A stretch of DNA of 54,806 nucleotides from Bradyrhizobium sp. (GTDB lineage: Bacteria > Pseudomonadota > Alphaproteobacteria > Rhizobiales > Xanthobacteraceae): positions 1 through 54,806 of the forward strand of contig NZ_JBAVCF010000417.1 in NCBI RefSeq assembly GCF_049586575.1, in the 5' to 3' direction. The first letter of the stretch is position 1. Every line of letters starts with the position of its first letter. The notes below the pieces were generated by a model. It saw nothing but the letters and a program-made list of their open reading frames with translations, was not told the origin of the DNA and searched no databases. A program made the position numbers and the translations under genes. Below are positions 26,270 through 36,335 of this stretch, in pieces.

Positions 26270-26956
26270 CTACCCAAGCACCGGCAGCTCGACCACGTCA
26301 TAGGCATGGAGGATCGTGCGTTTTAGCACCGGGTCTTCCAGCTCGAATTCGAAGCGGCTGGCCGGCCTGATCCCGCCTTTGGCCGCAAAAGTGCCACCAA
26401 ACATGACACAGCCGTCAGGCAGTTTCCCACCGGCAAAACCGCGTGCGAGCAGTTCGGAAACCGGCAGCATCGCGTCTAGCGTGCCTTCCTGATACAGCGC
26501 TCGCTTGCCGCCGATCCAGGCATGGGAACGCAGGATCAGCCGGTCCCAGTGATCAATGACATCTTCGAGTTCCCACAGCGTGGAGGCGATCGGCTTGTCG
26601 CACATCTGCTTGGACACCGTGACGCTGTAACTCTCGACCTTGCGATCGGTATGATCGGAGCCGAGGCCAACGAAAATGCGTCCCTGCCAGCCGATCAGAA
26701 CAAACTCGACTTCCCCACTGGAATTGCCGCCGCAGACCTCGATCCGGTCTTCCATGGTCAACCGCCGCGCCGAGCAGCGGTAGTAGATCGGCGTCGAGGC
26801 AGGTCTCGCGATACCGATCGCCTCCAATTCGGCGATGTGTTTGTCGCGAGCCACCGGATCTCGACCGGTCCAACCCGCAATTACCGCTTGGTCGATCGCG
26901 AGTGTTAAGGGCGTGGTCGTGTCCTTGGCATCGATGGTGAAGGTGAGGTCAAACAT
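26270..26956 (-). CDS. DUF2848-family protein
   Basis: VIAGWTGRD, HIAELE, SSGEVEF, GLGSDHTDR, SKQMCDKP; start overlaps the amidase stop. Confidence 0.85.
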   Translation of the reverse strand: MFDLTFTIDAKDTTTPLTLAIDQAVIAGWTGRDPVARDKHIAELEAIGIARPASTPIYYRCSARRLTMEDRIEVCGGNSSGEVEFVLIGWQGRIFVGLGSDHTDRKVESYSVTVSKQMCDKPIASTLWELEDVIDHWDRLILRSHAWIGGKRALYQEGTLDAMLPVSELLARGFAGGKLPDGCVMFGGTFAAKGGIRPASRFEFELEDPVLKRTILHAYDVVELPVLG

Positions 26957-28298
26957 GGATCGCAGCCTCCATACCGGCGGCCAGTTCGAAGATGCGACGG
27001 TCCGAACCTCCCGCTGCGCTCAGCATCAAACCGACCGGCGCTTCGCCACGATGATGGCAAGGCAAGGAAATAGAACAGCCGTCCATCATGTTGATCAGGG
27101 TGCAATTGCGCAGCGACAGGAGGTTCGCTTTCGTGAACGCGTGGTCGTCGGCGAGATCTGATATCCGCGGCGGCGTGATCGCAGAGGTCGGCATCACCAC
27201 GGCATCATAGGGGGCAAAGCGCACGGCTGCCCGCGCGATGAACGATTTTCGCGCCTCCAGAATATCGATGTAGTCCGCGGCCGTGATGCTTTGGCCGCGC
27301 AGGATCCGCAAAGACACGCGGGGGTCATAGATGTCGCCGTGGTTCTCGATCAGATAGCGATGCCAGGCATAGCTTTCCGCCGCGGCAAATCCACCCTTGG
27401 CGTTCATGACGGCGACATCGAGGAATTCCGGCACTTCGATCCGCTCGACCAATGCACCTGCCCGCGATAACGTTTCAAGTGCCCGCTCAAAGCTTCGCGT
27501 CACATGAGCGTCGAGGTCGTCGAGCGCGACCGTCGTCGGCACCGCCAGCCGCAGTCCCTTGATGGTGCGCGCTTGCAGCGGCCGAACCGGCTCGTCGGCG
27601 AGTACGGCATCGAGCACCGCGCAACACTCGACGGTGCGCGCGAGTGGTCCGAAACTATCGAGCGTGAACGACAACGGCACGGCGCCATCGCGCGGGATGC
27701 GCTGCTGTGTCGGTTTGAAGCCGACGATGCCGTTATAGGCCGCAGGAATCCGGCACGATCCACCGGTGTCAGAACCAAGCGCGCCATGCGCCATGCCATC
27801 GGCGACCGACACCGCCGCGCCTGACGACGACCCGCCGGGAACATGACCAGCATTTCGCTGCCAGACGCTCTTCGGCGTACCATAGTGCGGATTGATACCG
27901 ATGCCGGAATAGGCGAATTCAGTCATGTTGGTGCGACCGATCAGGATGAAGCCAGCGCGCCGCAGCCGCGATACGACTGACGCGTCGCTCTCGGCCGGCG
28001 GTGAATCATCGAGCGCCCGGGAGCCGGCCCGCGTGACCTGCCCTTTGATGTCGAACAAGTCCTTGATCGAGATTGGAATGCCGGCAAATGGCGACGGCGC
28101 GGCCCTGACCTCGCGGAGCCGATCCATGGCCTTGGCAGCCTCGATCGCGGCCTCAACGTCGACATGAACAAAGGCGCGGTTCCCCTCGCCCGATTTGTCG
28201 GCGATTTTTGCGAGGCACTCGTCGACGAGTTTCCGCGCATTGGTGCGGCCGCTTTCGAGATCTGCCGCCAGCGCGGTGAGTGTCGGAGTGTTGGGCAT
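26949..28298 (-). CDS. Amidase-signature family amidase
   Basis: SIKDLFD (Lys), PGGSSSG (cis-Ser), GSDTGGSCRIPA (Ser nucleophile). Confidence 0.95.
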   Translation of the reverse strand: MPNTPTLTALAADLESGRTNARKLVDECLAKIADKSGEGNRAFVHVDVEAAIEAAKAMDRLREVRAAPSPFAGIPISIKDLFDIKGQVTRAGSRALDDSPPAESDASVVSRLRRAGFILIGRTNMTEFAYSGIGINPHYGTPKSVWQRNAGHVPGGSSSGAAVSVADGMAHGALGSDTGGSCRIPAAYNGIVGFKPTQQRIPRDGAVPLSFTLDSFGPLARTVECCAVLDAVLADEPVRPLQARTIKGLRLAVPTTVALDDLDAHVTRSFERALETLSRAGALVERIEVPEFLDVAVMNAKGGFAAAESYAWHRYLIENHGDIYDPRVSLRILRGQSITAADYIDILEARKSFIARAAVRFAPYDAVVMPTSAITPPRISDLADDHAFTKANLLSLRNCTLINMMDGCSISLPCHHRGEAPVGLMLSAAGGSDRRIFELAAGMEAAIHV

Positions 28299-28323
28299 GG
28301 CCTTGGTCGCCTCGTTGATTCAG

Positions 28324-28644
28324 CTAAAGTCTATTCGGAACGGCGTCGATCTCCAGATCGAGCAAGGCGGAGCTCAACGATTTGCCATGCGCATCCAGCG
28401 CTAGCGACCGTGTCACCCCGCCCCCCAGCGCCCGGTCCATCACGAAGTTGAGTGCAAACAGTTTGGGTAGCTCATAGCGAACAACCTCGCCTTCGACAAC
28501 GCCCGCGAAATGCGCTTTGACCCGCGCGCTGGTCACCTGATGAAGCAGCCACGGGTAATACTTCTCGTCATAAGCAATGACAGAAATATTGGAGATATTG
28601 CCCTTGTCGCCGGTGCGGGAATGAGCGATCTCGCGCAGCTTCAT
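28324..28644 (-). CDS. Small AtuA-related protein (AtuA C-terminal-like domain)
   Basis: LREIAHSRTGDKGN, VRYELP, ALGGGVTRSLALDAHGK. Confidence 0.88.
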   Translation of the reverse strand: MKLREIAHSRTGDKGNISNISVIAYDEKYYPWLLHQVTSARVKAHFAGVVEGEVVRYELPKLFALNFVMDRALGGGVTRSLALDAHGKSLSSALLDLEIDAVPNRL

Positions 28645-28646
28645 CG

Positions 28647-29990
28647 TTATGCGCCTCCGACGAATTGCACCTGCGGCTGCGCCAATTCGCGCGGCAGCAA
28701 CACGGAAGCGACCGCCACGACATCGCGCGCGGATTTGGAGGCCCCGCCCCCGCCGGCCGGCCCATTGGTGTAGAGCGTTTCGACTTCGTTACCGATCCGC
28801 ACTGCCTCGCGCAGGTTTTCGGTACGCCCGGTGACGCGTACGCGCACCTCATAGGGCTCGTTCGCATGGGCCGAGAGTTGCGCGCCGTGCAGGGAATCGA
28901 CGCCGATCAGGTCGAACCGCAATTCTCTGGCCGCAACACCCGTAAGTTTCAAGCGCTCGCGAACGACGTCGAGCGCGAGCCGGCCACGCGCGAGCGCACC
29001 CGGACCGGCGTAGGAAATCTGGCCCTCGCCGATAAAGCTGTCGACATAGCCGACCGATACCTTGAGCGTTGGCGGACGTTCACTGCCGCGTCCGCCGCTA
29101 ATTCGCACGCGATCCTTGCCCGCTTCCTCGACCGTCACTTGCGAAAAATCCGCGGTCACGTCCGGCTGCAGATATCTCGTGGGATCGTGCACCTCATAGA
29201 GCAGTTGCTCCTTGCAGGTCTGCGCGGTGACGGCGCCACCGGAGCCCTCGACCTTGGTGATGACGAGGCTGCCATCCTCGCCGACCTCGCCAATGGGAAA
29301 GCCGAGCCGGGCCAGATCCGGCACGTCCTTGAAAGTTGGATCGGCGAAGTAGCCGCCGGTGACCTGGCCGGCGCATTCCAGCAAGTGACCGGCGACGATG
29401 CCTTTGCCGAGCAGGTTCCAGTCATCCGCCGGCCAGCCAAAGGCGTGGATGAGCGGCGCGAGGAATAGCGCGGGATCGGAAGCCCGTCCGGTGATCACAA
29501 CGTCGGCGCCGCCGCGAAGCGCTTCCGTCATCGACCCGGCGCCGAGATAGGCGTTGGCGGAGATCAGGCGATTGCCGAGCTGGCCGATCGTGCCGTCGAA
29601 CTCCATGATCGGGAGATCGCGCGCTTTGCAGGCATCAAGGACGTCGTCGCCGACGATGGCCGCAACCTTCAGCGAAGCCAGCCCCATCGATCGGGCCATG
29701 GCAGCAGTCCTGCGCGCCGCAGCAAGCGGATTGGCTGCCCCCATATTGGTGACGATCTTGATACCTTTGGCAGCGCAGACCGGCAGCACCGCGCGCATCC
29801 GCTCCTCAAGCAGCGGATCGTAGCCAGCTTCCGGATTCTTCAGGCGCGCTTGTTGGGCCAGCGCAACGGTGCGCTCGCCCAGACACTCAAATACCAGATA
29901 CTGAATGTCGCCCTTTTCGGCGAGTTCCACCGCGGGCTCGATGCGATCGCCCGAATAGCCCGCCCCTGACCCAATGCGGATGGTTCGCAT
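28647..29990 (-). CDS. AtuA/DUF1446-family protein
   Basis: RIGSGAGYSGDR, LVFECLGERT, TNMGAANP, SANAYLG, ITGRASD, GHLLECAGQVTGGYF, EQLLYEVHDP. Confidence 0.92.
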   Translation of the reverse strand: MRTIRIGSGAGYSGDRIEPAVELAEKGDIQYLVFECLGERTVALAQQARLKNPEAGYDPLLEERMRAVLPVCAAKGIKIVTNMGAANPLAAARRTAAMARSMGLASLKVAAIVGDDVLDACKARDLPIMEFDGTIGQLGNRLISANAYLGAGSMTEALRGGADVVITGRASDPALFLAPLIHAFGWPADDWNLLGKGIVAGHLLECAGQVTGGYFADPTFKDVPDLARLGFPIGEVGEDGSLVITKVEGSGGAVTAQTCKEQLLYEVHDPTRYLQPDVTADFSQVTVEEAGKDRVRISGGRGSERPPTLKVSVGYVDSFIGEGQISYAGPGALARGRLALDVVRERLKLTGVAARELRFDLIGVDSLHGAQLSAHANEPYEVRVRVTGRTENLREAVRIGNEVETLYTNGPAGGGGASKSARDVVAVASVLLPRELAQPQVQFVGGA

Positions 29991-30703
29991 TACTTCAGTC
30001 CGAAATAGGCTCGCCGCAACGCCTCATTGTCGGTCATTTCGGCCACCGTTCCCGAAAAACGGATACGGCCGCCTTCCAGTACGAACACGCGGGTGGCGAC
30101 CTCAAGGAAGCCGATATTCTGCTCGGCAATCAACAAAGCCAATCCCCTTCCTCTGAGATCACTCAGGATCCGGATGACTTCCTTGACGAACAGCGGCGAC
30201 AACCCGGCCGACGGCTCGTCCATCACCAGAAGGCGAGGCTCGGCCGCCAAGGCCTTGGCGATACCAAGCATTTTCCGCTGGCCGCCGGAGAGGCTGGAGG
30301 CCGGCGCGCGGCGTTTCTCACGCAGTACCGGAAAGGTTTCGTAAAGATCTTCGATCCGCGGATTGGGATGCCCGAGCGCCTGCGCGCCGACCTTGAGGTT
30401 TTCCTCAATCGACAGGTCGGGGAATACGGCAAGTTCCGACATGTAAGTCATGCCCAGCCGCATCCGCGCGCTGGAGCGCATCCGCGTCACATCCTCGCCG
30501 CCGAGTTTGATGCTGCCGTGCCGCGCCTCGATCAGTCCGACCAGCGATTTGAGAAAGGTGGTCTTGCCGGCGCCGTTGGTCCCGAGCAGCAGCACGGTTT
30601 CGCCGGCGCGGACATCGAGGTCGACGCCCCATAGCACCTGCATCGTGCCGTACCCGGCATCGACGCCTTGAGCCGTCAGCAAGGCTGTGGCCTCAGGCGG
30701 CAT
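29990..30703 (-). CDS. Liv-type ABC transporter ATPase (LivF-like)
   Basis: GTNGAGKT, LSGGQ, MDEPSAGLSP, RRAYFG end. Confidence 0.95.
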   Translation of the reverse strand: MPPEATALLTAQGVDAGYGTMQVLWGVDLDVRAGETVLLLGTNGAGKTTFLKSLVGLIEARHGSIKLGGEDVTRMRSSARMRLGMTYMSELAVFPDLSIEENLKVGAQALGHPNPRIEDLYETFPVLREKRRAPASSLSGGQRKMLGIAKALAAEPRLLVMDEPSAGLSPLFVKEVIRILSDLRGRGLALLIAEQNIGFLEVATRVFVLEGGRIRFSGTVAEMTDNEALRRAYFGLK

Positions 30704-31424
30704 GCTCGCCTCCCAAAAACACCTCGATCACCTGCGGCACTTTCACCGCGACCGCGAGCTTGCCTTCGAAAATCTCCTTGCCGGCGTTCATGACGATGAC
30801 GCGATCGGTAATGTGCTCGATGAAGCCCATGAGATGCTCGACCACGATGATCGCCATCCCGCCCTTGGCCAACGCCTGGATGCGCTCGGCGATCCAGTCG
30901 AGTTCCGCAGGGTTGAGCCCTGCGGCGAGTTCGTCAAGCAACAGCAGCCGCGGACGGGTCGCGAGCGCCCGCGCGAGGTCGAGCATCTTCTGCTGGGCAT
31001 TGTTGAGATCGGCCGCCGGACGGTCGGCGACCTCAATCAACCGGTATTCGTCCAAAAGATCGGTGATCGCCGGCGGGGTCGTCGCGGCGCCGCCATAGGC
31101 CAGTGCCACCTCGACATTCTGCCGCACCGTCAGCGACAAAAACGTTTTTGGAATCTGGAAGGTGCGGTTGATGCCGAGATGGACGAGCTTGTGGGAGACC
31201 CTCCCCCCGATCGAGGCGCCGTCCAACACCACCTCGCCACCGTCAGGGGCGTAAAGGCCGGAGATTACGTTGATCGCCGTGGTCTTGCCGGAGCCGTTGG
31301 GACCCACCAGCCCTAAAATCTCGCCGGAAGACACGTGGAAGCTCAATCCGTCCAGCGCGTAGAAGCCGCCGAAGCGTTTGACGAGTTTGGAAACGTTGAG
31401 AAGGGGCACGCTGTCAGGGAACAT
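30693..31424 (-). CDS. Liv-type ABC transporter ATPase (LivG-like)
   Basis: GPNGSGKT, RTFQ, LDELAAGLN, VEH, VIEVFLG. Confidence 0.95.
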   Translation of the reverse strand: MFPDSVPLLNVSKLVKRFGGFYALDGLSFHVSSGEILGLVGPNGSGKTTAINVISGLYAPDGGEVVLDGASIGGRVSHKLVHLGINRTFQIPKTFLSLTVRQNVEVALAYGGAATTPPAITDLLDEYRLIEVADRPAADLNNAQQKMLDLARALATRPRLLLLDELAAGLNPAELDWIAERIQALAKGGMAIIVVEHLMGFIEHITDRVIVMNAGKEIFEGKLAVAVKVPQVIEVFLGGEHAA

Positions 31425-32334
31425 TCCAGCCCCTGCGTGTTGCGAGCGATACCAGGCCTGCGGGAAGAAACAGCACGAGGCCCATGATCAGGAGGCCGTA
31501 AATCAACTGGAAATATTGCGGCGTGGTGAATCCGATCAGGTTGTAGATGCCGTAGAGGATGATGACGCCGACGATCGGGCCCGAGATCGAGGCAACACCG
31601 CCGAACAACGCAAACACGATGGCAAAAATACTGAAGTCGCCGCTGAAGACATTGTCCGGATAGAACACCGAGACGTACCAGGCATAGACGCCGCCGGCGA
31701 GGCCAGCGACCAGCGCGGAGGTGAGCCAGGCGATGATCCGCATCCGCACGACATTGACGCCCGCCATTGAGGCGCTGACGGCGTCTTCCCGCACCGCCTG
31801 CAATGCGAGGCCGAAGCGCGAATTTTTGAGAAAAACCACCGCACCCAACGTCAGCGCCAGCACGACCAGCGCCGCCGCGTAGGCATATGTCGGATTGAAC
31901 GTGCCCGTGAGCGAGACGCCGTAGGGACCGCGCGTGATCGACTCCAGTGCAGGATTGGCGATGAAGTGCAGCACCGCAAGCGACGCCGCGAGATTGGCGA
32001 TGGCGAAATAGGCCCCGGAGAGACGCAGCAACGGCGTGAGCAGCAGCCCAAGGGCAACACCGACCACGCCGCCGACGAGGACCGCAAGCACCGCTGGTGT
32101 CTGGAAATGCATCACCATCACAGCAAAGCCGTAGGCGCCCGCGCCAAAGAAGCCGACATAGCCAAACGGCAGATAGCCGGTGAAACCATAGATGATGTTC
32201 ACGCCCTGGGCGAGAATCAGAAAGATCACGAAATTGAACAACAACAGGTGGTTTTGATAGACGCCCGGCAGCACTGCAAAAACGACCAGCAGCGGCACGG
32301 CGATGAAAAGCGTGTGCTTGAGGGCATTAGGCAA
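31414..32334 (-). CDS. Liv-type ABC permease (LivM-like)
   Basis: Multi-TM; NIIYGFTGY, LRLSGAYFAI, SRFGLALQAVRED. Confidence 0.93.
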   Translation of the reverse strand: MPNALKHTLFIAVPLLVVFAVLPGVYQNHLLLFNFVIFLILAQGVNIIYGFTGYLPFGYVGFFGAGAYGFAVMVMHFQTPAVLAVLVGGVVGVALGLLLTPLLRLSGAYFAIANLAASLAVLHFIANPALESITRGPYGVSLTGTFNPTYAYAAALVVLALTLGAVVFLKNSRFGLALQAVREDAVSASMAGVNVVRMRIIAWLTSALVAGLAGGVYAWYVSVFYPDNVFSGDFSIFAIVFALFGGVASISGPIVGVIILYGIYNLIGFTTPQYFQLIYGLLIMGLVLFLPAGLVSLATRRGWNVP

Positions 32335-33253
32335 CGCGCACCCGCCTTCCGAGCAGACCGCTCGGACGCAACAGCAAAATGAAAATCAGGAGCACATAGG
32401 GCAACAGGTCCGACCATGAACTCAAATATGTCTGCACGACCATGTAGCAGATGCCGTAGACGACGCCGCCGAGCGCGGTCCCGAGCGGATTGCCAAGCGA
32501 ACCCAGCACCACGATAGCGAACGACGTGACGGTCGCATCGGCGCCAAACGCCGGCGTCACCGAGCCGAACATGAACGGCGCGAAGATGCCGGCAATCGCG
32601 GCCAATCCCAATCCAATGCCAAATGCCGCGGCCGAGACGCGATCGACGTCGATCCCGGTTGCCAGCGCCTCGTCGCGTCGCGACATCACCGCACGCGTCA
32701 GGGTGCCGAGACGCGTCTGGTAGAGATAGACATACACCAGTGCGATCACGATCAGGCTGGTAACGGCAGCGATCACCCAGGGCGCCGGAAACCCCTGGCC
32801 AAGGATCTGGACCGGTCCACCGCTAGCCGCCGTACCTCCAAACCATTTGACCTTGATGGTGGAAAATACCGTGCCGAGCGCGCGGCTTTGAATCGAGCGC
32901 TCGCTGGTCCCGAGAAAGATCGTTGTGACGGCCTCGATGACCTGGGACAGGCCGAAGAAGAGGATGATCGACAGCATCTCCGGGTTTGCCGAGCCTTGCA
33001 GGCGCGGCACCAACACCCAGTACAGTAGCATGCCCACAATCAAAAAAATCGCGAATGCCAGCGGCACCGCGAACAGGGGATCGATTCCAATGACCGTCAC
33101 GACGCCGACGGCCACGAACGCGCCGAGCATCAGGAAGTCGCCATGCGCCAGATTGACGATGCGCATGACGCCAAAGACCAGATTAAGGCCGATCCCGACC
33201 AGGCTGAAATACAAGCCAAAGAGAACGCCGGCGACCAGCGCATAAGTCAGCAT
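32327..33253 (-). CDS. Liv-type ABC permease (LivH-like)
   Basis: GLNLVFGVMRIVNLAHGD, VVLGSLGN, LLLRPSGLLG. Confidence 0.94.
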   Translation of the reverse strand: MLTYALVAGVLFGLYFSLVGIGLNLVFGVMRIVNLAHGDFLMLGAFVAVGVVTVIGIDPLFAVPLAFAIFLIVGMLLYWVLVPRLQGSANPEMLSIILFFGLSQVIEAVTTIFLGTSERSIQSRALGTVFSTIKVKWFGGTAASGGPVQILGQGFPAPWVIAAVTSLIVIALVYVYLYQTRLGTLTRAVMSRRDEALATGIDVDRVSAAAFGIGLGLAAIAGIFAPFMFGSVTPAFGADATVTSFAIVVLGSLGNPLGTALGGVVYGICYMVVQTYLSSWSDLLPYVLLIFILLLRPSGLLGRRVRVA

Positions 33254-33297
33254 CGGCGTTTCTCACTCCCGGAAAGCTATTCCGAACTGCGCAGCCC

Positions 33298-34542
33298 TCA
33301 TGGGCGAGGATAGACGGGTTTACCGGTCGCGGTTTCGTGCGGATAGATCGAAACGAATTTGACGTGCCCGTGATCGTCCAGCTCAAGCTGTCCGAGCGGG
33401 GTCAATTCGCCGGTCTGGCCGCCGGTTTCGTCGAGGGCGAAGGGCCCGCACAACGTCTTGAGTTGTCCAGAAAGGCTGAACACGGCGCGACGCAACTCCA
33501 TCTGATCGAGGCTTGTCGCCACTGAAAGCGCTTTCTCGATGACCAGCCCGGTAGTGTATCCGGCCACGGCGTTGAGGCCGAATTCAAGTTTGCCGTCCGG
33601 ATATTTCTTGTCCCAGGCGGCCTTATAGGTCGGGAGGTTCATGCCGAAGTTGACGGGATATTCCAGATCCGAGGCCGGCACGTAAGTAAATACGTGCTCG
33701 AGTCCCTTGTCGCCGACGTTCTTCTCGAGCAGCTCCTTCTCGAGGCCTGCGTAGATCGCAAACAGCATTTTGAACTTGGCGCCGACGTCGGCGACGTTGC
33801 GCAGGAATGCGATATCGTTCGGCGCGTATCCGAAATGAAACACCGCATCCGGCTGCGCGTTGCTGATGTTGTTGATGATGACGGTGTAGTTGGTCGTCTC
33901 GGTGGGGACTCCCTGGTCGTACACGATCTCGATCGGCACGCCGGAATCCTTGATGAACTTGCGGAACGCGTTGGCCTGGGTGCCCGTGAATTCGTTGGTC
34001 GAGTAGAGGATCGCGATCTTCTTGATGCCGAGGGCCGGTCCGTCATGAATAACGAAATCCGCCACGGGCTTGGGCCAGATCGTCGAGACCGGGTCGGCCA
34101 TCAGCGCGATATAGGGATTGTCCTTTGAGAAGAAGCTGGCGCCGGTGCCGGTCTGGTCGAACAGAAACATCTTGTGGTCGCGCGCGATCGTGACCGCGGG
34201 AGCAGTCAGTACCGAACCGGAATCGGCGACGAGCAGATCGACCTTATCCTGGGTGACAAGCTGGTTATAAAGCGTGGAAGCGGTAGCCGTATTGCTCTGA
34301 TCGTCATAGGCGACGAGCTTCACGGGCAGCTTCTTGTCGAAGGCCTTGACGTAGACCCCACCATCGGCGTTTTTCAGATCGACCCACATCTTGAGCGAGC
34401 TGAAAACCGGCATCGAAATCGACGCAAATCGCCCGGACGAGGCATAGAGGGTGCCGATCTTGATTTCCGCCGGCGCATCGGCGGCACAGGCCTGGGTGGC
34501 AAAAGTCAACCCAACAAGCGCCGCGCCAATCACCCTCAACAT
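33298..34542 (-). CDS. Liv-type (PBP1) ABC substrate-binding protein
   Basis: GGGAGG RBS before ATG 34542; signal peptide; EIKIG, YDDQS, LVTQDKVD. Confidence 0.92.
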   Translation of the reverse strand: MLRVIGAALVGLTFATQACAADAPAEIKIGTLYASSGRFASISMPVFSSLKMWVDLKNADGGVYVKAFDKKLPVKLVAYDDQSNTATASTLYNQLVTQDKVDLLVADSGSVLTAPAVTIARDHKMFLFDQTGTGASFFSKDNPYIALMADPVSTIWPKPVADFVIHDGPALGIKKIAILYSTNEFTGTQANAFRKFIKDSGVPIEIVYDQGVPTETTNYTVIINNISNAQPDAVFHFGYAPNDIAFLRNVADVGAKFKMLFAIYAGLEKELLEKNVGDKGLEHVFTYVPASDLEYPVNFGMNLPTYKAAWDKKYPDGKLEFGLNAVAGYTTGLVIEKALSVATSLDQMELRRAVFSLSGQLKTLCGPFALDETGGQTGELTPLGQLELDDHGHVKFVSIYPHETATGKPVYPRP

Positions 34543-34748
34543 AACTACTTCCTCCCAGCTTTTTCTTAGGTTGGCGGACCATAGCCCGGGCGGTTGCCGG
34601 GATACAAGCGTCCCCCGCCTAGGCAATAAATATAAGGAAATAGGACACTTAAGGGCCGTCCGTCTGGACCGTTGACGACACGCGGTCCATTGTCGCATCA
34701 ACGATCCGAACGAGGGGCAGAAGAGCCCCGTTTTCAGGAGAGAACGAC

Positions 34749-35159
34749 ATGGCGGAGCCGGCACGCGCGCGACCGAAGCCGACGCCCGAAACGCAGCATT
34801 TCTGGGATGGCACCCGGGCCGGCGAGCTTCGGCTGCAGCGCTGCGACACTTGCGCCCATGCCTATTTCCCGCCCCGTCCCTTTTGCCCTGGCTGCGGCTC
34901 GCGCAAGGTCAGCATTTTCAAGGCCAGCGGCAAGGCGACGCTTTATAGCTACGTCATTCATCACCGGCCGGTGCCCGGTTTTACCCCGCCTTACGCAATC
35001 GCCGTAGTGGAGCTGGAAGAAGGTCCGCGCATGATGACCAATATCGTCGGCTGTCCGCAGACGCCTGAAGCGCTCGAACTGGACATGAAGCTGGAGGTCA
35101 GTTTCGAGAAACTCGACGACGCAACCACTCTGCCCCTATTCCGCCCGGCGAGGGATTGA
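34749..35159 (+). CDS. DUF35-type Zn-ribbon/OB-fold protein
   Basis: LQRCDTC...FPPRPFCPGC, LYSYVIHHR, VELEEGPRMMTNI; AGGAG RBS. Confidence 0.92.
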   Translation: MAEPARARPKPTPETQHFWDGTRAGELRLQRCDTCAHAYFPPRPFCPGCGSRKVSIFKASGKATLYSYVIHHRPVPGFTPPYAIAVVELEEGPRMMTNIVGCPQTPEALELDMKLEVSFEKLDDATTLPLFRPARD

Positions 35160-35165
35160 GGGCCC

Positions 35166-36305
35166 ATGCGGAGGAACGAGGTAGCCGTCATCGGCGCGGC
35201 AGAAACCACCGAGCTCGGCGTAATCCCGAACATGTCGCAGATCCAGCTTCACGCCGATGCGGCGTTGAACGCCATCGCGGATGCCGGGTTGAAGCTGTCC
35301 GACATCGACGGTTTTGCGACAGCGGTCGAGACCCCGCAGCAGATCGCGCATTATCTCGGCATCACCCCGACTTGGGTCGACGGCACATCGGTCGGCGGCT
35401 GTTCGTTCATGCTCCATGTGCGCCACGCGGCTGCCGCGATCGAGGCCGGCCTGTGCAAGACTGTTCTGATCACGCATGCCGAAAGCGGCAAATCCAACAT
35501 CGGCCGCACCCCGCGCATGATCGGCCCGGACAGCCTGAACGGGCAGTTCGAATTGCCTTACGGCGTTTCCACGCCGGCCAGCATGTTTCCGATCCCGGTG
35601 CTGCGCTACATGAAAACCCACGGCATCACCCACGAGCAAATCGCCATGGTCGCCGTGGCACAGCGCGAGTGGGCGGCGAAAAATCCGCGCGCGACCATGA
35701 AGGCGCCGATCACGGTAGAAGACGTTCTGAATTCGCGGATGATCGCCTATCCGTTTCGCATCCTGCAATGCTGCCTCGTCACCGACGGCGGCGGCGCGCT
35801 GATCCTGACCTCTGCGGAGCGCGCGAAGGATTTTCCGAATAAGCCGGTCTATATCCTCGGTACCGGTGAGAGCGTGGAAACCCCGATGGTCAGCCAGATG
35901 CAGACCTTCGATAGTTCACGCGCTTTCAGGGTCGCAGGTCCTCTGGCGTTTAAGGAAGCCGGCATTACCCACGCGGACGTCGATCACTTGATGATCTATG
36001 ACGCCTTTGCGCATCTGCCGCTCTATGGCCTAGGCGATCTCGGCTTCATGCCACATGAGGAGACCGGAAAATTCATCGCTGACGGCCACACCAGACCGGG
36101 CGGCAAGCTACCGCTCAACACCAACGGCGGCGGCCTCAGCTATATGCATTCCGGCATGTACGGCATGTACGCGCTGCAAGAGAGCGTGCGGCAGATGCGC
36201 GGCATCGCGCCGGCCCAGGTTCAAGGGGCCAAAATTTCGGTCTGCCACGGCGTCGGCGGCATGTTCGCGGCGTCAGGCACGATCATCTTCACCAACGAGA
36301 AATAA
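35166..36305 (+). CDS. SCP2/nsLTP-type thiolase-family protein
   Basis: VGGCSF, CCLVTDGGGA, IYDAF, LNTNGGGLSYMH; directly after DUF35. Confidence 0.92.
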   Translation: MRRNEVAVIGAAETTELGVIPNMSQIQLHADAALNAIADAGLKLSDIDGFATAVETPQQIAHYLGITPTWVDGTSVGGCSFMLHVRHAAAAIEAGLCKTVLITHAESGKSNIGRTPRMIGPDSLNGQFELPYGVSTPASMFPIPVLRYMKTHGITHEQIAMVAVAQREWAAKNPRATMKAPITVEDVLNSRMIAYPFRILQCCLVTDGGGALILTSAERAKDFPNKPVYILGTGESVETPMVSQMQTFDSSRAFRVAGPLAFKEAGITHADVDHLMIYDAFAHLPLYGLGDLGFMPHEETGKFIADGHTRPGGKLPLNTNGGGLSYMHSGMYGMYALQESVRQMRGIAPAQVQGAKISVCHGVGGMFAASGTIIFTNEK

Positions 36306-36335
36306 AGAAACCGGCGGCGCAAGCGGGAGACCTCC

